Assembly: GCF_001194135.2 (NCBI RefSeq)
Contig: NC_068996.1
Coordinates: 36,589,632-36,623,026, forward strand
Direction of reading: 5' to 3'
DNA: 33,395 nucleotides
DNA from: Octopus bimaculoides
Taxonomy: Eukaryota
A program made the translations under genes and the position numbers. Shown in pieces: positions 21,659 to 32,072 of the stretch (the stretch's first letter is position 1; every line of letters begins with the position of its first letter). The notes beneath the pieces were generated by a model, which was given only the letters and a program-made list of their open reading frames with translations, made no database searches and was not told where the DNA came from.

Positions 21659-22782
21659 GACACAGGAATGACTGTGTAGTAAGTAGCTTGCTCACCAACC
21701 ACATGGTTTCGTGCTGCATGGCACCTTGGACAAGTGTCTTCTACTATACCCTCGGGCCAACCAAAGCCTTGTGAGTAGATTTTGTCGACAAACTGAAAGA
21801 AGCCCATTGTATGTATGTGTGACTGTGCTTGTCCCCANNNNNNNNNNNNNNNNNNNNNNNNNNNNNNNNNNNNNNNNNNNNNNNNNNNNNNNNNNNNNNN
21901 NNNNNNNNNNNNNNNNNNNNNNNNNNNNNNNNNNNNNNNNNNNNNNNNNNNNNNNNNNNNNNNNNNNNNNNNNNNNNNNNNNNNNNNNNNNNNNNNNNNN
22001 NNNNNNNNNNNNNNNNNNNNNNNNNNNNNNNNNNNNNNNNNNNNNNNNNNNNNNNNNNNNNNNNNNNNNNNNNNNNNNNNNNNNNNNNNNNNNNNNNNNN
22101 NNNNNNNNNNNNNNNNNNNNNNNNNNNNNNNNNNNNNNNNNNNNNNNNNNNNNNNNNNNNNNNNNNNNNNNNNNNNNNNNNNNNNNNNNNNNNNNNNNNN
22201 NNNNNNNNNNNNNNNNNNNNNNNNNNNNNNNNNNNNNNNNNNNNNNNNNNNNNNNNNNNNNNNNNNNNNNNNNNNNNNNNNNNNNNNNNNNNNNNNNNNN
22301 NNNNNNNNNNNNNNNNNNNNNNNNNNNNNNNNNNNNNNNNNNNNNNNNNNNNNNNNNNNNNNNNNNNNNNNNNNNNNNNNNNNNNNNNNNNNNNNNNNNN
22401 NNNNNNNNNNNNNNNNNNNNNNNNNNNNNNNNNNNNNNNNNNNNNNNNNNNNNNNNNNNNNNNNNNNNNNNNNNNNNNNNNNNNNNNNNNNNNNNNNNNN
22501 NNNNNNNNNNNNNNNNNNNNNNNNNNNNTATATATATATATAATGTATGTATATATGTATGTATCCTTGTGCCTGTGTTTATCTGCCATCACTGCTTGAC
22601 AACCTGTGTTCGTGTGCTTACATCCCTGTAACTTAGCAGTTCAGCAAAGGGATTGATAGAATAAGTACCAGGCTTTTAGAGAAAAATAATAAGTATTTGG
22701 GTCGATTCATTCAACTAAAGATTCTTCAAGGTCATGTTCCAGCATGGCCACAGTCTAATGAATGAAACAAGAAAAAGTAAAA
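21659..22782 (+). mobile_element. Family B SINE spanning the gap at 21838-22528
   Basis: Head and CORE-like part lie before the gap; the 3' part (cttgacaacc...gtaacttagcagttcagcaaa...ccagcatggccacagtctaatg) lies after it. Confidence 0.78.
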
Positions 22783-23256
22783 GAAAAAAAAACTGAATAA
22801 ATGTCTTAAATATTATCAAAGTAAGCAATTACAATATTTGTAATTAGTGTCTCCCTTGATGTAAGTTGTGTCAAATTACGCATGTACTAGCATTTATTTT
22901 CATCTCTCAACATTCCAAGTCCAAATATTACTAGGGGTTTGTTTCCCTTTCATTCTTCCCTACTCCCTACTAGGCATCTGTAAAATTAGCAGCAGCAGTG
23001 TTAGAAGAGAGCCTCAATTCAGTCTCAGTTTATATTTGTCTAAAAATGTGCAGCCTTGTGCTACTATTAGGAATTATTGCATCATCGTCAGCATCATCAT
23101 CATCATCATCATTTAATGTCCATTTTCCATGTTGGCATGGGTCAGACCAGTACATTCTAATTAATGCATATCTAATTGATACGTATTTAATAATTACATA
23201 TTTAATCAAAACAAGTATGGCATATATATCATTGTTTGAAGTACTAGAAATAGCAG

Positions 23257-23316
<60 letters not shown>

Positions 23317-23804
23317 CAGCTATATATATATATATTTGTTTTCAAATATTTTTGAAATTCTTCAATACTGGTTCATGGCTGTGTTGTTATGAAGGTTTAC
23401 TTCACAACTATGTCTTTCCAAGTTCAAATCAACTGTGTGGCACCTTGGAAAAGGCTACCCATAGCTTTGAGTCAGTTATGGTCTGGCAAGTGATATTCGG
23501 CACCTTAGGCACTCAGAGGAACCATTCTTGTTCTGGGACTGAAAAACTGAAGCTGATGTCTGATTTTGCACCATCAGAATCCTGGTTCTTTGGTGTCTTT
23601 GACAGGGTCTGCTCTACTGTAAACAAGCTTAGTCTATATTTCCAGTTTGAGAATAACTTTTTTTCAACAAGTTCTGGGGACCCTGAAAAGGGACCAGGGT
23701 TTGCTACTGCTTCTCTTCTGAATATAAATATAGGAAAATAGAAAAATTATGACATATGCTTTCAGTTTGAGCTAAATCACATTGGATAAATTTAATACAG
23801 TTTG

Positions 23805-24500
23805 TAGGGGTGAATTAACACTTGTAGGATGGATTTTAACAGTTTGTTGGGATGGATTTAATAACTTGTTAGAGAGGTGGATTCAGTGGAGGTGCAATGG
23901 CCCAGTGGTTAGGGCAGCGAACTCGCAGTCATAGGATCGTGGTTTCGATTCCCAGACCAGGCGTTGTGAGTGTTTATTGAGCGAAAACACCTAAAGCTCC
24001 ACGAGGCTCTGGCAGTGGATGGTGGCGAACCTTGCTGTACTCTTTCACCACAACTTTCTCTCACTCTTACTTCCTGTTTCAAAGGGCCAGCCTTGTCACA
24101 CTCTGTATCACACTGAATATCCCCAAGAACTATGTTAAGGGTACACGTGTCTGTGGAGTGCTCAGCCACTTGCACGTTAATTTCACGAGCAGGCTGTTCC
24201 GTTGATCGGATCAACTGGAACCCTCGTTGTCGTAACAACAAGAGGTGTGGATTTAGCAACAGGTGGATTTGAAAATTTGTTGGGGTGGATTTAACAACTT
24301 TTAGGGGTAGAACTGACAATTTTTGGAGGTGGATTTGACAATAATTTGTTGGGAAGGGATAAGGGATTTAATAACTTGTGGTTGAATTTGGCAGCTTGTT
24401 GGATGAATGGATTTAACAACTTATGGGATGAATTTGACAATTTGTGAAGGTAGATTTAATATCTCATTGGATTTGTGGATTTAATAATCTGTGGAGTGTT
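23805..24500. repeat. Degenerate ~21-22-bp minisatellite (GGTGGATTTAACAAYTTGTTG-like) split by a SINE
   Basis: Repeated ggatggatttaacagtttgttg / ggtggatttgacaat variants on both sides of 23888-24236. Confidence 0.75.
23888..24236 (+). mobile_element. Full-length tRNA-derived SINE (family C-related)
   Basis: Box A TGGCCCAGTGG and box B-like GTTTCGATTCC; 3' part shared with 15130-15360; retains CpGs. Confidence 0.8.
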
Positions 24501-24545
24501 TTTAATCTATAAACACACTTTAATCTGCTTACTGTTTCCTTGTAG

Positions 24546-24659
24546 TTGATCGTGACTGTGAAACTAATCCATGTGAAAATGGTGGCACATGTGTAATTGC
24601 AGCAAATGGAGTGTCTTGTATTTGTGCTCCTGGCTGGACTGGATCTTTGTGTGAAACTG
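24546..24659 (+). CDS. JAG1: Jagged/Serrate exon (equivalent to JAG1 exon 8), EGF4
   Basis: ccttgtag|TT GAT CGT...GAA ACT G|gtatgt; 114 nt, phase 1-1. VDRDCETNPCENGGTCVIAANGVSCICAPGWTGSLCET has six-cysteine EGF spacing. Confidence 0.95.
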
Positions 24660-25029
24660 GTATGTAAATAATATTATGAACTCACTTCATCTCATCACTA
24701 AATGTGCTTTTGTTGTTATTGTTTTGCTTGTCATTACGTATGATTGCACGTTACATTCTCAAAGGGAAATAACCTTGTTTTGACCTTGATTGTTATTTAT
24801 TCATATTTACTGTAATCACAGGGAGTTAGCAAGAAAGGAGGAAAAGAGGTAACAGATGTCAGTCGGGTTGGGGGAAAGGTGGAAATGGTCCATGAGATGA
24901 AAATATATAGCAACAAGGAATTATTCCTAGTATATAATTATATGTTGCTTGTATTATAAGTCATCTACTTCTTAATTTTTCAGTAACCTCAAGCCATTCT
25001 CTGCCTCATTATCATTGAAATTTCTAACA

Positions 25030-25273
25030 CAGTGTTTTCCAACCATTTTTTGCCTATGAACCCCTTTGATTACTATTTTATTCTGCTAGATTCTTTTTAC
25101 CCATTTAGTGCTTTAAAAAAATCCTGTTATATTTTTATAATTAAATATTATTCGGAATTGTATAAAAAAAATTTTTAATATGTTGTGTATTATGGAAGTA
25201 TAACCAATTTCTTGCAGATAAATCGTATGTTGACCGCCCCCAGGGTCATATAGACCCCATTTGAGAACCACTA
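25030..25273. mobile_element. hAT (Charlie-like) MITE
   Basis: Ends CAGTGTTTTCCAACC and TTTGAGAACCACTA approximate CAGTGGTTCTCAA inverted repeats; 8-bp flanks TTCTAACA/CTTTAACA match at 6 of 8. Confidence 0.62.
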
Positions 25274-25414
25274 CTTTAACATAATGATAATGTTATGAAA
25301 ATTTAAAAAATTAGACACTGGTTGAGGTGATCTACACTGTTCTAAAGGAACACAAGGTTGTAAAAATAGGGGAACACAGAGAGTGGAACCAAGCATTGAA
25401 TTATGCTATCTGAC

Positions 25415-25624
25415 TTGTTAAGGTTATCTCTACAGATATTTAATAAAGATTATAACCAGCACTGATTTTTGTTTATGATGTTTCATATCCGAGACATCAG
25501 ATGTAAACATACATTTTCAATCTCATTGTTTGTTTACATCTGACATCTCAGATACGAAACTGTTTAACAAAAACCAATGCTGGCTATAATTTCTATCAAA
25601 TATCTGTAGAGATAACCTTAACAA
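25415..25624. mobile_element. Foldback element with ~100-bp arms, TTAA|GG...CC|TTAA ends (Kolobok-like MITE)
   Basis: ttgttaaggttatctctacagatattt...atcagatgtaaaca pairs with tgtttacatctga...aaatatctgtagagataaccttaacaa. The superfamily assignment is inferred from the termini only. Confidence 0.75.
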
Positions 25625-25789
25625 TTAATGTAAAAGCGCACTGCTAACACAGTAGAACACATTATAGATTTATAAAACATGTTTAATACACTTTGTAGTA
25701 TATAGTGGTTGCTTAACGAAATACCGTGTACCTACACATCATTAATATGTAATCTGAGGTCTGGTTCAGTCTGATTCTCTTTTGGCAGA

Positions 25790-26640
25790 TGAAGACTGAG
25801 ACGAGTTTATGAACAGTGTAACTAATTTCACTCAGAAATGGGCTGAGAGAAAGCTTTCCCTCAGAGGTCAGACAAACGTGTTGAATACATACATTGGCCC
25901 TATCACCGTATTATTGTCTCACTGTCATATTCTGCTCCAGTTTCCAATTTGACCAGATTAAAATATCTATTTTCTTGGCTTCTTGTAGAAGGGACACTTA
26001 CTACAGCCCAAGTAGCCCATCTGCTGCTAACATTCTCTGAGCAGATGACTTAGCATGCAGTGACTGATAGTGTGCAGAGATATATTGAGGTTGTGGTGTC
26101 TTCAGAGAATTTTTGATGACAAGTAGGTGTTTTTCTGGCCCATCTTTACACAGCTGACCTCTTGGATGGGGCTGCAATGTTGAGTCAAGTAAAGATCAAT
26201 AATGGTTGTTGGACATTTGGATCATTATCAGGTGTTCACTGAACTCTACTAGTTGAATAATGTTGCTGGTGAAACTTCCATGCTAGCTTGTTATAAAGGA
26301 CTAGAGATAAAGAAGAGTGACAATTTTCTTGCAGAAACTCTGGGCCTAGGCAAGAAAGAATTGGCTTGTTGAGTTTGTTCCATTGTGCTTTTAGCCCGAG
26401 AATGATGAATAACTTCAAAAAAAAATTCCTGGTTTGGAAGTGCTACTAGGGGCCATTGTTAGTTCAAGATAAACTCTGCAGCAATAGAAGTGTGTATGTG
26501 GTCAGCCAAACCTGTCCAGGATGAATACAGAATTACAAATACCATTCTATGTGCATTCATTCAGTGTCCAGGTTGTTTTTCCTTCCCTGGTAGGAATGGC
26601 AAATGAGATGGTGTGAAAAGGCTGAGCATTCTTTCCTATT
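25790..26640 (+). mobile_element. Heavily decayed Tx1/L1-clade LINE ORF2 fragment (post-RT region to zinc finger)
   Basis: Broken frames: QKWAERKLSLRGQTNVLNTYI, YYCLTVI, FL*KG...ICC*HSL, WKCY*GPLLVQDKL...TCP. These match the W..R.LSL.GR, FLWKG and zf-RVT patterns. Confidence 0.7.
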
Positions 26641-26763
26641 TTGCCGAGTCCTCAACAACCCCCCCCCCCCATACACAAACACACACACTCCACACAGTTT
26701 TGAAACCAGTCTGTAATAGTCCTCATACTTTATCCTTTTTGATGTTGTTGTTATTATTATTAT

Positions 26764-26878
26764 TAAGGTGGTGAGCCAGCAGAATCGTTAACACACTCAA
26801 CAAAACGCTTAACAGCATTTCATCTGTCTTTGTGTTCTGAGTTCAGATTCCACCGAGGTCAACTTTGCCTTTCATTTT
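26764..26878 (+). mobile_element. Family A SINE 5' half following (ATT)n
   Basis: aaggtggtgagccagcagaatcgttaac...gttctgagttcagattccaccgaggtcaactttgcctttcat. Confidence 0.78.
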
Positions 26879-26976
26879 TTCAGAAAAGAAGTACCAGAGT
26901 CAACTTGTGTGTGTGTGTGTGTTATGTCTTTATTTGTGAATTAAAGCTACAACTGGTTTCATGTTAAGATAATTAA

Positions 26977-27130
26977 GAAAATATCCTAGTGTCTTAACAA
27001 TTTTTCAAGCCGATCACATGGAGAAAAGTGTTTGCCTCCATTTTGGAAAACACAGCCTCCAAAATAGAGGCAAACACCTTTCTCCATGTGATCAGCGTAA
27101 AAAATTGTTTAAAAAAACTAAGATATTTTC
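26977..27130. repeat. Palindrome with ~72-bp arms running into the gap at 27132-27269
   Basis: Core gatcacatggagaaaagtgtttgcctccattttgga pairs with tccaaaatagaggcaaacacctttctccatgtgatc; pairing extends outwards to gaaaatatc/gatattttc. Confidence 0.85.
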
Positions 27131-27269
27131 CNNNNNNNNNNNNNNNNNNNNNNNNNNNNNNNNNNNNNNNNNNNNNNNNNNNNNNNNNNNNNNNNNNNNN
27201 NNNNNNNNNNNNNNNNNNNNNNNNNNNNNNNNNNNNNNNNNNNNNNNNNNNNNNNNNNNNNNNNNNNNN

Positions 27270-27318
<49 letters not shown>

Positions 27319-27440
27319 CATAATATATATGTAATGTGTGTGTATATGTAATAAGCTGTATCCCTCTTCTCCAAGAGTGGGCCTTGTGTTTAGTTAAAAA
27401 AGGAAATGAATATATTTATTGCATTAATCTAAATTAACAG

Positions 27441-27668
27441 ATATTGACGAGTGTGCATCAAACCCATGCATGAATAATGGCTGGTGTGAAAATCAAGTCA
27501 ATGGATACAAATGCCATTGTCGTCCTGGCTGGCAAGGGGCTCAGTGCCAGCTGGATGTCGATGAATGCAAAGACAGCACCTGTGTGAATGCAATCTACTG
27601 TCGGAATCTTCAAGGTAGCTATGAATGTCAGTGCCAGGCAGGTTGGACTGGGAAAAACTGTGATATGA
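27441..27668 (+). CDS. JAG1: Jagged/Serrate exon (equivalent to JAG1 exons 9+10 fused), calcium-binding EGF5 and EGF6
   Basis: aattaacag|AT ATT GAC...GAT ATG A|gtaagt; 228 nt = 2x114, phase 1-1. DIDECASNPCMNNGWCENQVNGYKCHCRPGWQGAQCQLDVDECKDSTCVNAIYCRNLQGSYECQCQAGWTGKNCDM. Confidence 0.96.
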
Positions 27669-28273
27669 GTAAGTATACGTCTTGGACTGTTCTATCTAGG
27701 AATATTATCCAAAGCTAATAACCCTTTTTTTTTCTTTTTTGTACACTTGTGTGTATGGGTGTACTTGCATGTGTGTGAGTGTATTTATGTGTCCGTGTGT
27801 GAGCGTGTGTGCATGCGAGTGTGTTTGTGTGTGCATGTGCGACTATGCATGTGTGTGTGCATGAGTGTTTGTATGCATGTGTGAGTGTGTGGGAGAGAGG
27901 TTGACTGTGAGGATGAAAAAGAGAGGAAGACCAGTTGTACTTATTGCACTGGAGTTATACATACTTATGTATTTAAATACTTGTTTGTGAAAACAGAATC
28001 TTAATTAATTATTTAATCTGCATTTCTAATTAAGATTTTTGTTGGTAAACTAATCAATGTTTTAGTTTCCATTATTTTCCAATGTTTCCTTATAAAGTAT
28101 ATTTCTAATAAAACTAAGTTGTTTTTTTTGTTTTTCTTTTTTTTCTTTTTGCTTATGATGATGATGATGATAATGACAAATTCTCTTCCGTTATCATTTC
28201 TTGGTCTTTAGGCCAGATGACCACATAAGGAATAAGTTTACTAATATTCTCTCAACTATTTCTTCTCTTGCAG

Positions 28274-28320
28274 ACATCATTGATTGTGTTGGTCAATGTC
28301 ACAATGGTGCTACATGCGTT
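28274..28320 (+). CDS. JAG1: Jagged/Serrate short exon (equivalent to JAG1 exon 11), first half of EGF7
   Basis: ctcttgcag|AC ATC ATT...TGC GTT|gtaagt; 47 nt, phase 1 to 0. NIIDCVGQCHNGATCV vs JAG1 NINDCLGQCQNDASCR. Confidence 0.94.
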
Positions 28321-28772
28321 GTAAGTTTACATCATGGCATTTTTATTTTTTAATTTTTGTTTCATGTTTAATGCTCATTACAGCGACTGTGGCTGTCGTT
28401 GGTGTTTAACTCTGGGTGGTCACCTAAATAGACATGCATGATGTAAGGCTTTCCAACTGGGATCATTCTGTCTTTTTTTTTAGGAGCATCCAAGAGTAGG
28501 TTGAGATTTTGCTGCTGTTTTTAGCAGTTCAAGAAACAACTGCATTGTGGCTTCTTCATTGCATCAATAATGACTGTGAGGCTTATTGGGCTGGACTGTT
28601 GACCACATGGGGCATGAGTTCAAACCTCTTCTAATGCACGCTTCATGAATAAGTCTCACTTTACTCGTTCCAGTTTACCTGACTAAACAAAATAAAAAAA
28701 CTAAATAAATAAAAGCAGGTCCCACATTTCCTGTTTGAGCATAAAGTGATAAGAAGGACAGCCATCCATCAT

Positions 28773-28812
<40 letters not shown>

Positions 28813-28854
28813 GTATGTGTATGTGTATATATATATATATATATAGATATAGAT

Positions 28855-29047
28855 ATAGGGAGAATTCACCCAAAAAAACAACAGGCAAAGACAGGTGGTG
28901 TAGAAAACAAATAGATGTATTAATATAACGCTTGGGAATGGAAAAACTCATTAAACATTTCGAACCTACGCTCTTCCACAGAAAGGAACACAGAAAGAAA
29001 CAAGGAGAGAAAAAAAATGGAATGTGTAGTGATTAGCAATCTATCAT
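28855..29047 (-). mobile_element. Probable Penelope-like terminal repeat fragment with a variant hammerhead-like motif
   Basis: Minus strand 28981-28957: CTGTGGA-A-GAGC-GTAG-GTTC-GAAA. The PLE assignment is an inference. Confidence 0.4.
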
Positions 29048-29052
29048 GGAGA

Positions 29053-29084
<32 letters not shown>

Positions 29085-29235
29085 ATATCCAAGCACCCAA
29101 TCATCTACTCACCCATTCATCCACTCCATTATTCATCTGCTCACTCAGCCAAACATTCTCTCACCAACACTTCCATCCTTTATCTGATCAACCACCCATC
29201 TGTCTATCCGTCTTTCCATCCATCTAATATAATCC

Positions 29236-29427
29236 TTTCTACTATAGGCACAAGGCCTGGAATTTGTGGGGAGGGGACTAGTCGATCACCTCGACCCCAA
29301 TCGACCCCGAAAGGATGAAAGGCAAAGTAGACCTTGGCAGAATTTGAACTCAGAATGTAACAACATACGAAATACCACTGAGCATTTCACCTGGTATGCT
29401 AACAATTCTGCCAGCTCGCCACCTTAA
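29236..29427 (-). mobile_element. Family A SINE with an internal deletion between two tcgacccc direct repeats
   Basis: tcgaccccaatcgaccccgaaaggatgaaaggcaaag...gaatttgaactcagaatg...ctgccagctcgccacc. Confidence 0.8.
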
Positions 29428-29488
29428 AAGAATCTCTTCTACCCTAGGCACAAGGCCCATCCATATGATATAATCAAGTAATCCTTTT

Positions 29489-29665
29489 ATAGGTGTAGAC
29501 ATGGCTGTGTGGTTAACAAGCTTGCTTTACAACCATGTTGTTTTGGGTTCAGTCCCACTGTGCTATATGTTGGGCAAGTGTCTTCTCCTATTGCTCTGGG
29601 CCAACCAATGCGTTGTGAATGAATTGGTAGACAAAAACTATGTGGAAGCCTGTCATATGTATATA
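29489..29665 (+). mobile_element. Family B SINE 5' half
   Basis: catggctgtgtggttaacaagcttgct...gggttcagtcccactg...ttgggcaagtgtcttct. Confidence 0.75.
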
Positions 29666-29961
29666 TATAAATTTAATTAAAGGATATGTTAACCTCGTGA
29701 AAGGATGGTTGCATCCAAGGAAATATTGGTTCAATACTTAGTATTGTAGGGGAATATATATATATTATTTTTGTATGTGGTTTATAGATAGATAGATATA
29801 TACATACATGCATACATAGATAGCTATCTATTTATATATTTATATATGATAATGAAGGTGGCTATCTGCAATATAAAATCAAAAAGGAAAAATTCAGTTG
29901 TCACTAATTGTATGTATAAATGTATATGTATCTATATGTATAACGTTGTTGTCGTTTGCAG

Positions 29962-30135
29962 AACCTTGTGAATGATTACCGTTGTCAGTGCAGACCAGGC
30001 TTTACAGGGCGGCACTGTGATGCAGCGATAAATGGGTGCCATAGCCTACCCTGTCTAAATGGAGGTGTATGTTATGACCTTAACGATGGCTTCAGATGTG
30101 AGTGTCCCTCAGGCTATGTTGGTTTACAGTGTCAG
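29962..30135 (+). CDS. JAG1: Jagged/Serrate exon (equivalent to JAG1 exon 12), end of EGF7 and EGF8
   Basis: gtttgcag|AAC CTT GTG...TGT CAG|gtaggt; 174 nt, phase 0-0. NLVNDYRCQCRPGFTGRHCDAAINGCHSLPCLNGGVCYDLNDGFRCECPSGYVGLQCQ. Confidence 0.96.
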
Positions 30136-30769
30136 GTAGGTGTCATCTTTTAACTCTAGTCTATTCACAAGCAATCAACTTGTACCTTTATACACACAAG
30201 CGCTCAGCTATGAATGATGTTGGTGGTCGTGGCAGCAGCTGCAGCTGTTGTTGTTGTTTCATGGACATTCATCTAAGTTTGTGTCAAGCCTCACCAGAAA
30301 TGTTCAATAAAGATCTCGATGAATAGTTAAAAGAAAGTATCCTGATTATTGTATCTGGTTTACAAGATTTGTTATATGAATTCATGTGTTGAAACAAATT
30401 TTATTGTGTCTAAGGAAATTCATTATGCCAATATAATTAACACAAACACTGGTTCAGTTTCATTCCGTCATTAGTCAATTGGTTAAATAGCCAACTAACT
30501 AACTGATTACTTAATTGTGAAAGCTCTTTCATTGCTATTTGCAACCTATTGAACAGGACCAGTGCATGTGTTAATCATATTTGCATAATGTCTCTCCCTA
30601 GACACAACAAAAGACATATCTTGATTTATTGAAGAAATGGAAGAATAGGAAGAAAGGAGAATATGAAAGAGAAAGCTGGAGACTTGTGGAGATCTTAAAT
30701 TAGAGGGGTCTAAAATAAGAATTTGCTTGAAAAAGATAATTACAGAAATCTATCTAATTCACTTATTAA

Positions 30770-31150
30770 CTCTTTTGATATTAACCTGCTTGAGATCAGC
30801 CCTGTTTCTATGAGACAACATCCTTGTATTAAAGTCATCTAAGTTAAAAGTTCCTTCTATCAAAATTTTATCTTTAATTTATGTTTTAAGCACGAACTTA
30901 ATAATGACAAAGTTAATTTATGAAATTCTTCATTATTTTCAAAATTAATTGAAAGAATGACACAGTATTTCAACAAATATGGTTAAAAAAAAAAGGCTTA
31001 AAGTGATCTAGATTAAAACCTATCAAAATTTCATGTTATGTCCCAAACACCAACTTGATAATAACAAAGAAATTTTATTAAATTCTTTGTTATTTTCAAA
31101 ATCAATTGAAATGAAAAGCAGCGTATTTCAACTGAAATATGGTAAAGATT
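30770..31150. mobile_element. TTAA-flanked non-autonomous DNA element (piggyBac-like ends) plus a tandem partial copy
   Basis: TTAA|CTCTTTTG at 30766 and AAAAGGC|TTAA at 30998. 31002-31150 repeats the 3' ~140 nt (aaattct...ttattttcaaaat.aattgaaa...gtatttcaac..aaatatggt). Confidence 0.5.
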
Positions 31151-31326
31151 AAAGATATAATTTTAGGATCTGTGCATATTTTTCTACAGTAATGAGTGTC
31201 TTTGATTATTTACTTATGTTTTTTTATTTCTAAACCAAATAATGCTATTTTTTGTAAATTATTAATTTATGAATTCTTTAAAAAACAAAATGAAATCATA
31301 CAATATTACTTTATTTCTATTACTAG

Positions 31327-31477
31327 ATTGCTATCAATTCGTGCCAACAAAACCCTTGCAGATCTGGTTCTACATGTTATGATATGCGAGGAGATTTCTA
31401 CTGCCATTGTCAGCCTGGTTTTGAAGGAAAAACTTGTGAAAAAAAGAAGAAAATTTGTCCAAATGGTTCTTGTGAAG
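31327..31477 (+). CDS. JAG1: Jagged/Serrate exon (equivalent to JAG1 exon 13), EGF9 and start of EGF10
   Basis: attactag|ATT GCT ATC...TGT GAA G|gttagc; 151 nt, phase 0 to 1. IAINSCQQNPCRSGSTCYDMRGDFYCHCQPGFEGKTCEKKKKICPNGSCE. Confidence 0.95.
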
Positions 31478-31764
31478 GTTAGCTTCAAGTTTGTCCAATT
31501 CTTCTTCTTGCCATTATCTTCCATTCAGGTCATGGTTTCACATTTAAAATTTTTTGTTTATTTCTCCTTTCTACTGTGAAATAATATCTATTTTCTTATA
31601 GTGTGACTGCAATCATGTCGAGAGGTTCTGCTTCAATAAGTTTATGTCAAATCATATCAACATCAGTATTTATTTGAATTTGCTTCTGTTTTTATCAATA
31701 TCCATTTCTCAAATGACTAAGTTATCATTTTAATGTTAAGGGACAAAACTTGATACAATAGTTT

Positions 31765-31800
<36 letters not shown>

Positions 31801-31915
31801 ACACACACATATACACACACATACACACACATGTATATCGTCGGTAAATCATAACTCCAAAAAAGAAGCACAATCTAAGTTATAGAGCAGTTAAGTATAT
31901 AGATAAAGATAGATA

Positions 31916-32072
31916 TGGCCGCTCTATGGGTTTACCCTGTGTTTTATGTCCATAAAATGCTTAGCTTTACAGTGTTTCTTCAGACCCTAGGCCTTAGGGG
32001 TCTGAAGAAATGCTATAAAGCTATGCACTTTATGGACATGAAACCTGGGGGTAAAACCCCATGGACCAGCCG
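31916..32072. mobile_element. MITE-like full foldback, family G copy 2, TA-flanked
   Basis: TA|tggccgctctatggg...ttcttcagaccct-aggcct-tagggtctgaagaa...ccatggaccagccg|TA; arms about 70 bp. Confidence 0.78.

Noticed and set aside
14657-22631. Long ORFs containing X runs (also 10315-10576 and 26994-27374)
   Set aside because: Artefacts of N gaps.
22700-22782. Structured 3' tail of family B considered as an HDV-like ribozyme
   Set aside because: Only simple hairpins are evident; I could not build the nested double pseudoknot.
23888-23960. tRNA-like sequence with boxes A and B
   Set aside because: It continues into a SINE body shared with other copies, and I could not fold a complete cloverleaf.
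23805-24500. Repeat array superficially like CRISPR
   Set aside because: Eukaryotic intron, degenerate tandem units, no unique spacers and no cas genes.
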